DNA of 25,361 bases, from IMG/VR virus record IMGVR_UViG_3300037631_001884, positions 1 through 25,361 of that record, one strand, 5' to 3'. The notes beneath the pieces are model-generated. The model was not told the origin of the DNA. It saw nothing but the letters and a program-made list of their open reading frames with translations, and did not search any database. This document shows positions 1-9,867 of this stretch, in pieces (within the stretch, counting starts at the first letter, position 1; each line of letters starts with the position of its first letter). Source of the stretch: a virus (Duplodnaviria; Caudoviricetes). Position numbers and translations under genes: made by a program.

Positions 1-2086
1 TGTCAGTTGTTTGATCATTACCTGTGTCGTAAGTATAAGCCTTGTCTTCAAAAAACCCCAGCTCCACAGTAGCTTTGTTTAAAATAAAATTGCCATGAAG
101 CGTTCCACTTTCAAACTCATTATCCCCTGTCATAACTATAAGTTTAGCAAAAGAATCAGTCATTGAAAAACTGCTGCCATTATTTAAACCTAAGCTATAA
201 GAATATGTTGTTCCAAAATTAGCGCTTACAACTTGGAACTTAGCGTTATGAACGTAGTCTCCTGACTGAGACTCTTCTGAAAGCGCTTCAGCAATAGCTG
301 TAGAAACGTCTTCTCTAGTAATATTTGGTTGATCAGCTCTAAGCGTTAAAGAAATAGAAACAGGTTTAGCCTGAACAATTAAAGGGTTAGCTGCAGAAGT
401 TCCAAACCGTGTAGGTGTTGGTGCGCTACTTTGTCCATCAGGAAAAATATAGTTCCACGTAAAGTTGTTTTCCGTTGTGCCTGATTGTGTATTATTAGTA
501 GAAGAGTTAACAACACCGCTTTCTACTTGAGCTGGAATAAAGTTTCCTCCGCCTCCATCTAAAGGGTCAGGTCCGTTAGCAACATTATTTTGTCCAGAAT
601 CAACTGAGTTTTGCCAATAATAGTTTTGTAAAAACTCTGGCGAACCTTCAACACCAAAATTAGGGTCGTTTTCCCAAAAATCCCCTAACTGATTGTGCTG
701 ATGATAAGCATCTTTTGCGTCATATATGTGCCAGTTGTTATCAGGTAGTATCGAAAAAGTTAAAGTAAACTGATCGTTTTCTTCTATTGCTGTGTTGTCA
801 GGGAGTTCTGATGTATCTATAACGAAAGCTGAGTTTTTATTTTTTACTTGGTTGACTTCTGAACCAAGCACAAAAAAATCTTCGTAATACTGGGAAAATA
901 CTGACTCAGAATGACAGGTGGCTGGTTTAAGCTTTACGTCGTATGAAATAAAGTCTTGAGGACGAACCTTACTTATCGGAGTTACTGTAGCTTCTGTTGG
1001 CACATTGTCAAATCCTTCTACATAGTTCCCATAAAAAACTCTGTTACCTTCTATAGCCTGCGTTTCGGCTATTTTAGGTAAATTATCAAATTGTTTAATC
1101 TGATCGTCTTTAGAAACAGCTATGTTTACAGAAGTGTTGTTAAAAGAATATGTTAAAGAAGCGTTGAAATCAAAATTTTCAAGCTCTGTTATTTCAAACC
1201 AACTTCCCGTATTTCCTCTTCGAGCTAAAACTTTAACCTTTTCTACCTCTAATGTAAGGTCTATAGAAGGTATTGTTAATTCACAAACGTTGTGAGCTAA
1301 CAGATTTGCGCTTGAGTTTGCTCCTTGGTTTATGTATGACGGAGGAACTGCTATTTCAGAATAGGTAGATATAGCAGAAACATTACCGTCTTTAAATACA
1401 GATTGGTATGCAAACTGAAAACCATTTACTCCTCTAAACTCACTAACAGGCAAATCTTGGTCAGAAGACCAAGAAAACGTTACTGGGTGTACAGGAGCTT
1501 TAGGACAAGCTGTAATAAAGTCATCTATGTTATCAGCACCATAAGAAGATGCTTCAGACAAAGTGCTTTCATAATAAGCTCTTAAAACATTTAACTTTCT
1601 TGGCTCGTTTCTGTTGTCCGTAAAAAATAAGAAAGGAGTGTCTTCATAGTCGTAACCTGAAACTGCTTTATATTTTTTTTGAGAATACGTTATCTCTGCA
1701 TTGACAAAGCTGTCTACCTCAAAATTAAAACGAGTGCTTCTATAAATTCTTATAATAGTGTCTGCGTCGTGACCTGAAAAATACAAATCAGGGTCATACG
1801 CGTAAACACCACAGTAAGCTGCGTCAAAATCCCAGACAAAAAAGTATATCACATTGTATTTATCGTCTGTAACCTTACCTAAAACGGTTTTCTGATTTGA
1901 TGAAAAGATGTCACCAAATAAAGCTGTATTACTTTTAACGGGCTTTATCACATTTTCATTACCCCCATCTTCACCCCTGTCATCTCCTTCTACAGAAATG
2001 TTTACGGCGTCGGACATATCGTCCTTTCCTCTCAGCTTAGAATCGGCTGAGTGATTAAGCTTTCTTGGAAATAACTTACTTAACAT
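1..2086 (-). CDS. Tail stabilisation / muzzle-like protein of crAss-like phages (runs off the left edge, ~695 aa visible; missing from the ORF track)
   Basis: ATG at 2086 overlaps the TAA of the upstream gene (TAATG). Hand translation gives MLSKLFPRKLNHSADSKLRGKDDMSDAVNISV..., LFFTDNRNEPRKLNV, GFQFAYQSVFKDGNVSAISTYSEIA and PKIAETQAIEGNRVFYGNYVEGFD, motifs typical of this family. It lies right after the tail tubular/ring gene. Frame was spot-checked, not read codon by codon. Confidence 0.8.
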   Translation of the reverse strand, partial: MLSKLFPRKLNHSADSKLRGKDDMSDAVNISVEGDDRGEDGGNENVIKPVKSNTALFGDIFSSNQKTVLGKVTDDKYNVIYFFVWDFDAAYCGVYAYDPDLYFSGHDADTIIRIYRSTRFNFEVDSFVNAEITYSQKKYKAVSGYDYEDTPFLFFTDNRNEPRKLNVLRAYYESTLSEASSYGADNIDDFITACPKAPVHPVTFSWSSDQDLPVSEFRGVNGFQFAYQSVFKDGNVSAISTYSEIAVPPSYINQGANSSANLLAHNVCELTIPSIDLTLEVEKVKVLARRGNTGSWFEITELENFDFNASLTYSFNNTSVNIAVSKDDQIKQFDNLPKIAETQAIEGNRVFYGNYVEGFDNVPTEATVTPISKVRPQDFISYDVKLKPATCHSESVFSQYYEDFFVLGSEVNQVKNKNSAFVIDTSELPDNTAIEENDQFTLTFSILPDNNWHIYDAKDAYHQHNQLGDFWENDPNFGVEGSPEFLQNYYWQNSVDSGQNNVANGPDPLDGGGGNFIPAQVESGVVNSSTNNTQSGTTENNFTWNYIFPDGQSSAPTPTRFGTSAANPLIVQAKPVSISLTLRADQPNITREDVSTAIAEALSEESQSGDYVHNAKFQVVSANFGTTYSYSLGLNNGSSFSMTDSFAKLIVMTGDNEFESGTLHGNFILNKATVELGFFEDKAYTYDTGNDQTTD

Positions 2087-2961
2087 TAATACTTAGGCGC
2101 TAATTTGAAATTTTTACGTATAACTCTTAAAGCTTCATCTTTCGTGAAGTTTCCTAACCTAGCTTTTGCTTTTCTCCTTTCATTGTAATACTCAGATCTA
2201 GCTCTTCCTTTTTCATTTGCAGGAACGTTAGACTTCCTTTCGCAAAGCTTGTAATATATATAACATCTAAGAGCTTCTTCTGCGTAAACGTGTATAACGG
2301 GGTTGGTAGATCTGGCTTCGTCAGCTATATACTCTAAAACAACGTCGCTACGTCCAGAGTTAGTCTCTATCTCTAGTCTGTTTTGATCTAAGTTGACCCT
2401 ATAATCTCCTACCCTCATTCCTCCCCCTACACCGTACATGCGGCCTATACCTCCCTGATACAAATAGTTTTCAAACATATAGTAATCAAGATCACCGCTA
2501 TCTGGTGTGCTTCCTCCGCTAGTAGCGGTCTTGTCGTCAACTCTGTTTAGTACAAGGTTGTCAGGTATATCTAAAGGTCCCCCATCACTGTCTGTAGTAG
2601 AGTCAGTGGTTGCATCACCAGCTTCATTTAATGCATACTTCTGGCTGTAGTTAATATTTTTGTTCTGAGCCATTGGGCGAAGAATACCGTCAGAATCTAC
2701 TATCCCAACCTTAATTACATCAACATAGTCGTCAGGCAAAGTAACCGTGTCATTAGATTCTATAGAAAGCTTTATAGACCTTACTCTGCTCGTTACGTCA
2801 AACCCAAAGTCTCTTATGCCTCTTAAAGCAATGTTTCTTATAGCGGAGTCTGAAGCATTAGCAGCATAGTCATCACCATCCATAGTAACTTTAAAATCAC
2901 CTATAAGCTCAGTTAAAGTGACATAGTTCATTCCTTTTGTTGATACGTCTGTAAATGCCAT
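2086..2961 (-). CDS. Tail tubular / ring protein (P22 gp4-like, crAss-like Ttub)
   Basis: 291 aa with ALRGIRDFGFD, LPDDYVDVIKVG, VVLEYIAD, PVIHVYAEEALRCYIYY and a C-terminal ERRKAKARL helix; directly upstream of the muzzle gene. Confidence 0.75.
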   Translation of the reverse strand: MAFTDVSTKGMNYVTLTELIGDFKVTMDGDDYAANASDSAIRNIALRGIRDFGFDVTSRVRSIKLSIESNDTVTLPDDYVDVIKVGIVDSDGILRPMAQNKNINYSQKYALNEAGDATTDSTTDSDGGPLDIPDNLVLNRVDDKTATSGGSTPDSGDLDYYMFENYLYQGGIGRMYGVGGGMRVGDYRVNLDQNRLEIETNSGRSDVVLEYIADEARSTNPVIHVYAEEALRCYIYYKLCERKSNVPANEKGRARSEYYNERRKAKARLGNFTKDEALRVIRKNFKLAPKY

Positions 2962-3740
2962 CAGTTAGCTGCTGTTTCGTTATTACCATAGCCAGAGAGA
3001 ACTGTATCTCTTAACCTTATTCCTATCATCTTTGCTATCTCAGATATAACTTCAGATTTGTACTGCTCTGGCAGCTCAAAATTTCTGCATTGTGAAATCT
3101 CAGTAACAAAAAACCCATCTGCCTCTACGCCTGAAGTAGCAAATCGAGGACCAGACGTTACGTCAACATCTCCAATATTAACCCCCTGTGCATATTTAGA
3201 CGCTGGGTTTCTATAGTAAGTCATTACTAAAGCCCCTGTGTACGTCTCGTCATTAGGAAAAACCTGTATAACGCTTGAAATTAAAGCTACAGGATACGCT
3301 GCGGTAGGAGCAGACAGATTGCTGTTAAGTATATGAGGTATTTTTTCGCTGTCGTAAACAAGCTCTACTTCAGCCCAGCTAGCTGCGTTTTCATCTCCAT
3401 CTACATCATACCTTAAAGATATTAGCTTATGCATATCGTTAGGGCGGTTAAATGTATTTGAATTAACAAAAAGAGGGCTTGATTCGCTAGTAACCTGAGC
3501 TTGCGTTACAAAATTAGACAAGTCGTCTTTTACGCTTCTGTACACAGAGTCGCTACCCGATGGATCTAACCCTCTAGCCCGCAACTGCTTTGCACCAGAG
3601 AGCTCTTTAAACATCTCGTTAAAAACATTCTGTTGAGCCACCTCTGCAAACTCGTTGAAAATACGAGGACTAACAAAGCCTTTCTGGTCTTTGTTGCAAA
3701 GATCTCTAATAGTATTATAGACTTCTATTACGCTGATCAT
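2961..3740 (-). CDS. Conserved crAss-like ring/neck structural protein
   Basis: 259 aa with N-terminal SVIEVYNTIRDLCNKDQKGFVSPRIFNEFAEVAQQNVF and C-terminal FELPEQY...IAKMIGI; conserved position downstream of the capsid genes. Confidence 0.7.
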   Translation of the reverse strand: MISVIEVYNTIRDLCNKDQKGFVSPRIFNEFAEVAQQNVFNEMFKELSGAKQLRARGLDPSGSDSVYRSVKDDLSNFVTQAQVTSESSPLFVNSNTFNRPNDMHKLISLRYDVDGDENAASWAEVELVYDSEKIPHILNSNLSAPTAAYPVALISSVIQVFPNDETYTGALVMTYYRNPASKYAQGVNIGDVDVTSGPRFATSGVEADGFFVTEISQCRNFELPEQYKSEVISEIAKMIGIRLRDTVLSGYGNNETAAN

Positions 3741-3744
3741 ATTG

Positions 3745-3752
3745 CAAATATA
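3745..3752 (-). promoter_or_regulatory. Bacteroidota-type -7 promoter element TATATTTG, 4 nt before the ATG at 3740
   Basis: Minus strand reads TATATTTG-CAAT-ATG and matches TAnnTTTG; it lies immediately downstream of a terminator. Confidence 0.75.
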
Positions 3753-3753
3753 C

Positions 3754-3788
3754 GAAAAGAAAAAAGGCCCCTTTCGGAGCCTTCTTTT
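3754..3788 (-). terminator. Rho-independent terminator
   Basis: Minus strand: AAGGCTCC-GAAA-GGGGCCTT followed by TTTTCTTTT. GNRA tetraloop; the G-U wobble pairs only on the minus-strand RNA. Starts right after the stop of 3787..4647. Confidence 0.85.
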
Positions 3789-4647
3789 ATGCTAATTTAT
3801 CTAGCCGTTCTTCTATAAGAGACAGCGCTGAAGCGCCTTTCTCTGTTAAACAGAATCGGACCATAGTGTCTACCGCATCCTGACCAACTGGCACGGATAT
3901 GATTAGTTGATTAGAATCAAACCAGTACACCCCATTAGACTTCATATTAAGTATCTGGTAGTCAGCAGCTTGCTGTATTGTAGCCCTACAAGACACCTGT
4001 GGTGAGTCTAAAGATTCTAAAAACTCCTTTGTTTTAGTCTTAGCTATTCTTAAAAGGCTGTATCTAATATCCGATACAGAAGCATTAATGTTAATACCAA
4101 AGTAGATTGCTATAGGAAGAAGATCGTTGATATCTCTGTCTCGAACAACAGAAATAGCGTCTGTAAGCAAAAACTCTTTTTCTAGTTCATCTTTTGCATC
4201 TTGCTTTTTATCTACTTTTCTAAAAGTTGTTCCTCCGTTAACTGAGTTAGCTGGATGTACTTCTAAAAAGTCTCTAAGGTTAGGTTTGTTTTTTGGTACG
4301 AAAATCCTGCCGTCTCTAAAAGCAACAGATTGCTTCAGAGCATTAGAAGACTGTTCATCTACGTAAATAGAAGGCTCGTTAGGGCAGTATCTAATTTCCC
4401 TTATAGTATCCTTCTCTTTATCATAAATAGTCACACCTTTTTGAGGCAGCATAAAAACTATACCACCACCTTTGATAATCTCAAACTCACAGTTGTGAAC
4501 TTGCTTATCTTGTCGCTTAATAGTTCTTTTTTTAGGCTTTGGAGCTGCTTTAGGCTCCATAACTACTGTTTCTTGAACCATAACAGGTTCTGCAACTTTT
4601 GTTGCTTTAGGGCGCTCAGGAGCCCTTCTTGTTTTTGTTTTTTCCAT
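3787..4647 (-). CDS. Conserved crAss-like structural protein encoded downstream of the capsid gene
   Basis: 286 aa with IRYCPNEPSIYVDEQ, FRDGRIFVPKNKPNLRDFLEVHPAN and a basic, low-complexity N-terminus; synteny with the major capsid gene. Confidence 0.65.
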   Translation of the reverse strand: MEKTKTRRAPERPKATKVAEPVMVQETVVMEPKAAPKPKKRTIKRQDKQVHNCEFEIIKGGGIVFMLPQKGVTIYDKEKDTIREIRYCPNEPSIYVDEQSSNALKQSVAFRDGRIFVPKNKPNLRDFLEVHPANSVNGGTTFRKVDKKQDAKDELEKEFLLTDAISVVRDRDINDLLPIAIYFGININASVSDIRYSLLRIAKTKTKEFLESLDSPQVSCRATIQQAADYQILNMKSNGVYWFDSNQLIISVPVGQDAVDTMVRFCLTEKGASALSLIEERLDKLA

Positions 4648-4657
4648 TTTTATTTAA

Positions 4658-5962
4658 TTAAAAGTTATATAATTCAAAAAGATCTTTTGCTAAATTAGCT
4701 GATGCATTAGCACCAATATCACGTTCTATAACACCAAACCTAGCTAAATGCCCGTTAAAGCTAAGTGAAGAACCGCTGGTAGCTACAATACCTCCTCCCG
4801 ACCCTATCTGTTCTATCAAAAGGTTTCCGTCTGTCATGTTAGAAGAGCCTGTTGAAACCCCACCTATAGAATCAAGAACTGTAAAAGAGGGTATAAAAGA
4901 AACAAGATGACCCTCTCTATTATGTAAGTACATATTAAAATCCTTATCCCTTCTAATAATAAAAACTTGCAGTGTTTCACCGCTGTCTGTATCAATTAAT
5001 ATTTCGGGAAAATTATACTCTACTGTTCCATTCTGACTGTCAGAAGTAGAGGCTTTAGCAGGCTCACCCGTTCTTTCGTCGTGCCTAATTTTAAACGTGT
5101 TAAAAGCTGGGGCGGCCTTATCTATACCTCCGCTTGCGTCATACTGAGCATTGCCAAAGCAAAATCCCATAGTTTCTCCGCTGTCATCTCCATATATAAC
5201 GCCCATTCCTTCTGCGTTAAGGTTTACTGTAACGGCCATGTAAATAGTGTAGTCATTTCGAACTTTGTATGCGTTGGGAACAACAAAATAATCATCAAAA
5301 GCTATTGTAGCATTCACTTTTGCTAAACCTCTCCCTGCCGTAAGCCCTGTTTCATTAGTAGGGTCACCAACGTTTGCAGCAATACTATACGTACTACCTC
5401 CTGTTCCAGCGTTAGCCCAAGCTGTTATCTCATCTCCATCGGCGTACCCAGCCAACCCTTCATGGTTAAAATCTAAAGCTGGTAGGCTTTCTCCAAAGAA
5501 TATCTCACCTAGCGTACCTTGAAACTCTGTAGCTTGAGAGCCGTTACTTATCTTACCTGTAGTTCTTTGTATAGGATTAACTTTTATTTTAGCCTCTATA
5601 TCTTGAGAACTTGAAAGAACAGCTTTTTTAAATGTAGAGTTTTCTTCCACTACGTCAAACTTAATGGTGCTCTTGTTAGAACTAGACATAAAGCTTATGA
5701 TGTTTTCTAAAAGCCCAAACTCCTCACCTGTATTGCAAGATATTGTTACTGATGTTTTTTCTATAGCTTCAGAGTCAAATAGCTCTATGTGCTCATATAA
5801 ACTAGCGTCATTAAAAGTAATAATTACAGCACCTTTTTGAGCTGTAATAAAAGACACGTGTTTTGTAGGTATAGCTAATACGCTTAACCCTACGCCAGTA
5901 TCCGACGCTCTCGCGCTGTTATCGTTTATTTCTTCTTTTCGAAATAAGAAAAATTTCTCCAT
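4658..5962 (-). CDS. Putative capsid decoration/fibre protein with a C-terminal LamG/ConA-like beta-sandwich
   Basis: 434 aa. The C-terminal part has ITAWAN, DYTIYMAV, VFIIRRD and FNGHLARFGVIERDI (lectin-like pattern). The N-terminus resembles the 128 aa gene upstream. Confidence 0.5.
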   Translation of the reverse strand: MEKFFLFRKEEINDNSARASDTGVGLSVLAIPTKHVSFITAQKGAVIITFNDASLYEHIELFDSEAIEKTSVTISCNTGEEFGLLENIISFMSSSNKSTIKFDVVEENSTFKKAVLSSSQDIEAKIKVNPIQRTTGKISNGSQATEFQGTLGEIFFGESLPALDFNHEGLAGYADGDEITAWANAGTGGSTYSIAANVGDPTNETGLTAGRGLAKVNATIAFDDYFVVPNAYKVRNDYTIYMAVTVNLNAEGMGVIYGDDSGETMGFCFGNAQYDASGGIDKAAPAFNTFKIRHDERTGEPAKASTSDSQNGTVEYNFPEILIDTDSGETLQVFIIRRDKDFNMYLHNREGHLVSFIPSFTVLDSIGGVSTGSSNMTDGNLLIEQIGSGGGIVATSGSSLSFNGHLARFGVIERDIGANASANLAKDLFELYNF

Positions 5963-5979
5963 TGTACTAAATTACTTTG

Positions 5980-5987
5980 CAAATATA
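5980..5987 (-). promoter_or_regulatory. -7 promoter element TATATTTG
   Basis: Minus strand GTATATTTGCAAA, intergenic, just after a terminator, with 17 nt between it and the ATG at 5962. Confidence 0.7.
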
Positions 5988-5991
5988 CAAC

Positions 5992-6020
5992 AAATAAAAA
6001 AGGCCCCCGAAGGAGCCTTT
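5992..6020 (-). terminator. Rho-independent terminator closing the capsid operon
   Basis: Minus strand: AAAGGCTCC-TTCG-GGGGCCTTT followed by TTTATTT; C(UUCG)G tetraloop. Confidence 0.9.
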
Positions 6021-6041
6021 CTTGTTATAGTATAAGATATA

Positions 6042-6428
6042 TTATCCTGCGTCAACCAATGTGATTGCACCAATAGATTCAATATCAGAGTGTAAGTACT
6101 CACCAGTAACATCATCACCAACTACAAGGAAAGTTTGCTTACTGTGAGCAAATGCTTCAACAAGTCCTTTCCAAACAGCTTTAGCGTTGTTGTCTGTAGT
6201 AATATTCACAGCAATGAGATCAAAGTTCGCATCGTCACCAGCGGTGTCGTTTTGAAGTGATTCAAATACCATTGTGAATAGGTCCTCATCTGCAGTAGCA
6301 TCCATGTCGCCAGCTGCACCCATAGAGAACCCTCTGAATTTACTCATTGGGTAACAAACAGAGTCTTGACCCTGATCGTCAGCAGCAGCGGTTGCTGCAG
6401 TTCTAAAGTATAAATATTTTTCAGCCAT
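6042..6428 (-). CDS. Small acidic structural protein (putative capsid auxiliary protein)
   Basis: 128 aa, Ala/Asp-rich; the last gene before the terminator that follows the major capsid gene. Confidence 0.5.
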   Translation of the reverse strand: MAEKYLYFRTAATAAADDQGQDSVCYPMSKFRGFSMGAAGDMDATADEDLFTMVFESLQNDTAGDDANFDLIAVNITTDNNAKAVWKGLVEAFAHSKQTFLVVGDDVTGEYLHSDIESIGAITLVDAG

Positions 6429-6454
6429 ATTTTCTAATTTTTTATTTGTTAATA

Positions 6455-7897
6455 TTATCCTTTAATAACTACGTGTTGGTTAGCAGCACGAACACAAAGA
6501 GCAATTTCTGAACGGTAGTGGAACGTAGCAACGTCCTTACCAGCATCTCCATTGTTATTATGTCCTAAAACTCCTCCACCAGTTACCCAGTGCTCCATTT
6601 CACGATTATATCCGTTAGCCTCTTTGTAGTACATTGCTAAAGAAGGTGCTTTAACACCTGTGCGAGCATCTGCAATTTGAGACATAGGGATCATAGCTCC
6701 TTGATACTTAGTAGAAGCACCAAGAAGAGTTGGATCGTTTAGAAGCTTCCAGTCATGCTTGTGGAATGTGTACCCACCACGAGTAAACGACTTAAATCCA
6801 AGCTTAACAGCCATGTCAGCATCGTTGTTAAACGCACCGAACTGTCCAGCTAGACCAGCAGTAGTTCCAGTAGAAATACCTGAAGCAAGCATATCGTCGA
6901 TAGCTAAATCTTGCTTTCGATTTACGTACATAGCGTACTCAGAAGTAGCACCGTTCTTATCGAGCTCAAGAATGATATCATCAAACTCAGCAAAAGAATC
7001 AATTGGATTAGCGTTAGCGTTGCTTATGTTAATTCCACGACTTTCAATAGCAGAGAAATAACCTTCAGAACCCGCGATGTTGTCAGACAAGTCAGCAGAG
7101 TCGTCAGCTGTAGCAGCGTTTTTCTCAGCGAAAAGCATCATCATTTCACGACGGTCTTCAAAACGCTTACGAGCCTCTTGCTCCCCGTACATAAACCAGC
7201 GGAAATCTCCTCCACCCATGTTAACCCAACCAATATTTGTAGCTTGAGAACCATTTACTTGATAACGATCTTTAACAATCATAAATGGATTTTTTCTACG
7301 AACAATATCAGGATCAGTAAATTTAGTAGGTTGATCCGTTCCTTGAGCATACATATTCCCCAAGTGAATGAGAGTCTCAGTACTGGTAGTAGTAGCTTCA
7401 GAAGGAGCTCCGTTACCACCGTCAAGACGCTCAAGAATAATTACAGGATCAGTAGCTGTAGAAGCTGACTGAACAATGTATCGACTTCCTGTGTTTACAG
7501 ACATTACAACGTCACTTGCTTGCAAGAAGCTAGAAACGTGTGCGGCCTGCTCTCCAGCAGCAGCCATAGCAGATGTATCAACTGTAGCTTGAACAGTACC
7601 AACAGCAGCTCCAGCAGAACCAGCAGCTGCAGATGCAAAAGTAACAGCGTCAATCTTTGTATGACGACGGCCTGCCTCCCACCAATCAACTTGGTCAGAA
7701 GTTCCACCGTTATTAACAGCTCCAGTTAAACGTAAAAAACCAGTGATGCCTTGATCACCGTATGATTGAACTAACTCAGGAATAACAAAATCTTTGTTTG
7801 CCTTCAGTAAAGTGTCAACAGTAGTATATGCTTCGGGCGTTAACCTTAAATCTGCAGGTGCAGCATTCATAGGTGAAGCCCCAGTAATAGTAGCCAT
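6455..7897 (-). CDS. Major capsid protein (HK97 fold, crAss-like)
   Basis: 480 aa with SDQVDWWEAGRRH, NPFMIVKDRYQVNGS...NIGW, RFEDRREMMMLF, GSEGYFSAIESRG, LGFKSFTRGGYTFHKHDWKLLND and HYRSEIALCVRAAN; follows an acidic scaffold-like gene. Confidence 0.92.
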   Translation of the reverse strand: MATITGASPMNAAPADLRLTPEAYTTVDTLLKANKDFVIPELVQSYGDQGITGFLRLTGAVNNGGTSDQVDWWEAGRRHTKIDAVTFASAAAGSAGAAVGTVQATVDTSAMAAAGEQAAHVSSFLQASDVVMSVNTGSRYIVQSASTATDPVIILERLDGGNGAPSEATTTSTETLIHLGNMYAQGTDQPTKFTDPDIVRRKNPFMIVKDRYQVNGSQATNIGWVNMGGGDFRWFMYGEQEARKRFEDRREMMMLFAEKNAATADDSADLSDNIAGSEGYFSAIESRGINISNANANPIDSFAEFDDIILELDKNGATSEYAMYVNRKQDLAIDDMLASGISTGTTAGLAGQFGAFNNDADMAVKLGFKSFTRGGYTFHKHDWKLLNDPTLLGASTKYQGAMIPMSQIADARTGVKAPSLAMYYKEANGYNREMEHWVTGGGVLGHNNNGDAGKDVATFHYRSEIALCVRAANQHVVIKG

Positions 7898-7910
7898 ATT
7901 TTCTTAATAT

Positions 7911-9020
7911 TTAGATTTTAAAAGTAAGTTTAGAGGAGTTTCCTCTAAGTATATCTCTCATTTGATCAGCCAGCGGGTTTTCATTTTGTGGTGCTGACTG
8001 AGGAGAGTTTGTTGATACGTTAGCCGCTTTATCCACAAGACCTCTTTGACCATCGCTTGTACCCTGCCTGTAAGCAGAAGCAACAATTTTGTCGATGTTG
8101 TCAATTACAGCCCTGTGAGAGGACAACGTATCGTAATCCCAACTTCCGTCTTGACGGACGTAAGGATCAAAATAATTATCGAGTTGAGTATTCTTCTCAA
8201 TAAGTTGTGATTTGTAGTTATCATCCAGTCCAAAAGAAAAGGTTTTGTCGTTACCTAAATCAAACTCTAGCCCCTCCATTGCTTGAACTTCTTTTGTCAT
8301 GTCTGAAATCCACTTATCGTTTATCACGCTATCTGTTGATGCTTCTTGACGTTCTGGCGCCTTATAGGTGCTCCTCAAGCCTTCGATACTCTCTTTGGCT
8401 TTTTGCGCGTCTATCTTCATCTGTAAGCGGGACAGCTTCACTTCGTCCTCAGAATAGAGGTCTGTGTCAAGCTTATATTTGCTCCCTACTAAAAGATTTA
8501 ATTCTTCAGAAGAAAGGTCTGGATATTCAGAAGCCATGTTTACCCTTATAGCCGTTACGTCATCCATCTCGGATGGGTTTAACTGCTGATAAGCAAACCA
8601 GTCTTCTGGGTTCCTACCTGTCTCTTCTACGAATTTAGCTATTGCTTCAATCCTTTCATCGAGTGCGCTCTGTTGAGGTTCTGACAAAGCATCCAAAGAA
8701 GTAATGTCTCTACCAAGCTTCTCGCTTAGGTAATTGAAAACAGCGCCTTCGATTTCGCTATCAGAATACTCAATAGTATCTTGTTGTGGTGTAGCAGTTT
8801 CCTGCTGCACTTCTTCTTGTGGAGTCTGTTCTACTGGCTCTGAAGTAGTTTCTACTTGTGGCTCAGCTTGCACATCCTCCTGAACAGGTTGAGACTCCTG
8901 TTGGGGAGCCTCTTCTGTTGTTGTTTCTGTTTGTTGCGGTTCTGCATTCATAGATGCAGAAAGCGCTTCTGGAGAATCGAATACTTCGAAACCTCCAATG
9001 CTTTCTTTATTTTCTTCCAT
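7911..9020 (-). CDS. Putative scaffolding protein (conserved gene upstream of the capsid gene in crAss-like phages)
   Basis: 369 aa with a long acidic E/Q/P-rich disordered N-terminus and a helical core (FVEETGRNPEDW, AYRQG); immediately upstream of the capsid gene. Confidence 0.7.
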   Translation of the reverse strand: MEENKESIGGFEVFDSPEALSASMNAEPQQTETTTEEAPQQESQPVQEDVQAEPQVETTSEPVEQTPQEEVQQETATPQQDTIEYSDSEIEGAVFNYLSEKLGRDITSLDALSEPQQSALDERIEAIAKFVEETGRNPEDWFAYQQLNPSEMDDVTAIRVNMASEYPDLSSEELNLLVGSKYKLDTDLYSEDEVKLSRLQMKIDAQKAKESIEGLRSTYKAPERQEASTDSVINDKWISDMTKEVQAMEGLEFDLGNDKTFSFGLDDNYKSQLIEKNTQLDNYFDPYVRQDGSWDYDTLSSHRAVIDNIDKIVASAYRQGTSDGQRGLVDKAANVSTNSPQSAPQNENPLADQMRDILRGNSSKLTFKI

Positions 9021-9042
9021 TATATTAAATTATTTGTTTTTC

Positions 9043-9435
9043 TTATCCTTTTTGCCTAGGAGCAAAATAACATATACACGCACCTGAATGAAGCTCCACA
9101 AACTCCCATCTTCCAAAAATAGTTAAACCTTTAGGAAAGACTTGACCGCTAGCACCTGCAGTTAGATCTGTTGCATTACCAGCCGTTCCAAAACCTCCTG
9201 TTGTAGAGTCATGATCATTCTCTGCAGTCACAGTGCTGAAAGACCCGATTTCACCATTTAAATTTTTAAGATCTTGAAATTGAGTGTCTTCAAGGAAAGA
9301 TATAGAACTTACATATCTCGTTGCAGATCCACCATCTAAATCTACCTTATCTCCATCCCCATCTAAAAAGGATGATCCAAATTGACCAAAAGCAACCATA
9401 TTTGCTGTTGCGGGGTTTGCTGTATTGTCTGCCAT
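9043..9435 (-). CDS. Small putative virion protein
   Basis: 130 aa, beta-rich, ending FPKGLTIFGRWEFVELHSGACICY; inside the predicted capsid operon. Confidence 0.5.
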   Translation of the reverse strand: MADNTANPATANMVAFGQFGSSFLDGDGDKVDLDGGSATRYVSSISFLEDTQFQDLKNLNGEIGSFSTVTAENDHDSTTGGFGTAGNATDLTAGASGQVFPKGLTIFGRWEFVELHSGACICYFAPRQKG

Positions 9436-9447
9436 GTCTTTATTTTA

Positions 9448-9867
9448 TTATGATCCTGAACCTCCGTATATTACAGAAGAGTTATCGTTTCCAAATACCC
9501 CATACTCAATAACAGTATCTACTTTAGTTGCATATACAGCGTAAGTTTTATCTGGAGCTAAAGGTATAAAAGTAAATTCTCCTCCCCCTAGTTTAGAGGC
9601 AAGAGCAGTATCACTTTCTGTTTCGTTACGTAAGTATACGTAGTTTTCTAACTCTGTTTCTAAGTTTTTGATATACAAGTAAGCTCTTTCGCTTTTATCG
9701 TTTGCTAAATAAACGATCATATCGTTTGTATCAGCCGCAGTTCCTTTCACTTTAGCTTTAATCAAACTCCCTGAATCTACAGACATAACTTTTTCTGCAG
9801 ACAAGCTCAAGGCGCTACTTAGAACGTCAGTTGAGGCAATATTTAAACTTACTCTTAAGTTAGCCAT
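9448..9867 (-). CDS. Small beta-rich virion protein, paralog of 9867..10265
   Basis: 139 aa; shares ALSLS, YIKN, KL-x-x-G[ED]-x-TF-x-P and EY-x-x-F with its neighbour. Confidence 0.55.
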   Translation of the reverse strand: MANLRVSLNIASTDVLSSALSLSAEKVMSVDSGSLIKAKVKGTAADTNDMIVYLANDKSERAYLYIKNLETELENYVYLRNETESDTALASKLGGGEFTFIPLAPDKTYAVYATKVDTVIEYGVFGNDNSSVIYGGSGS

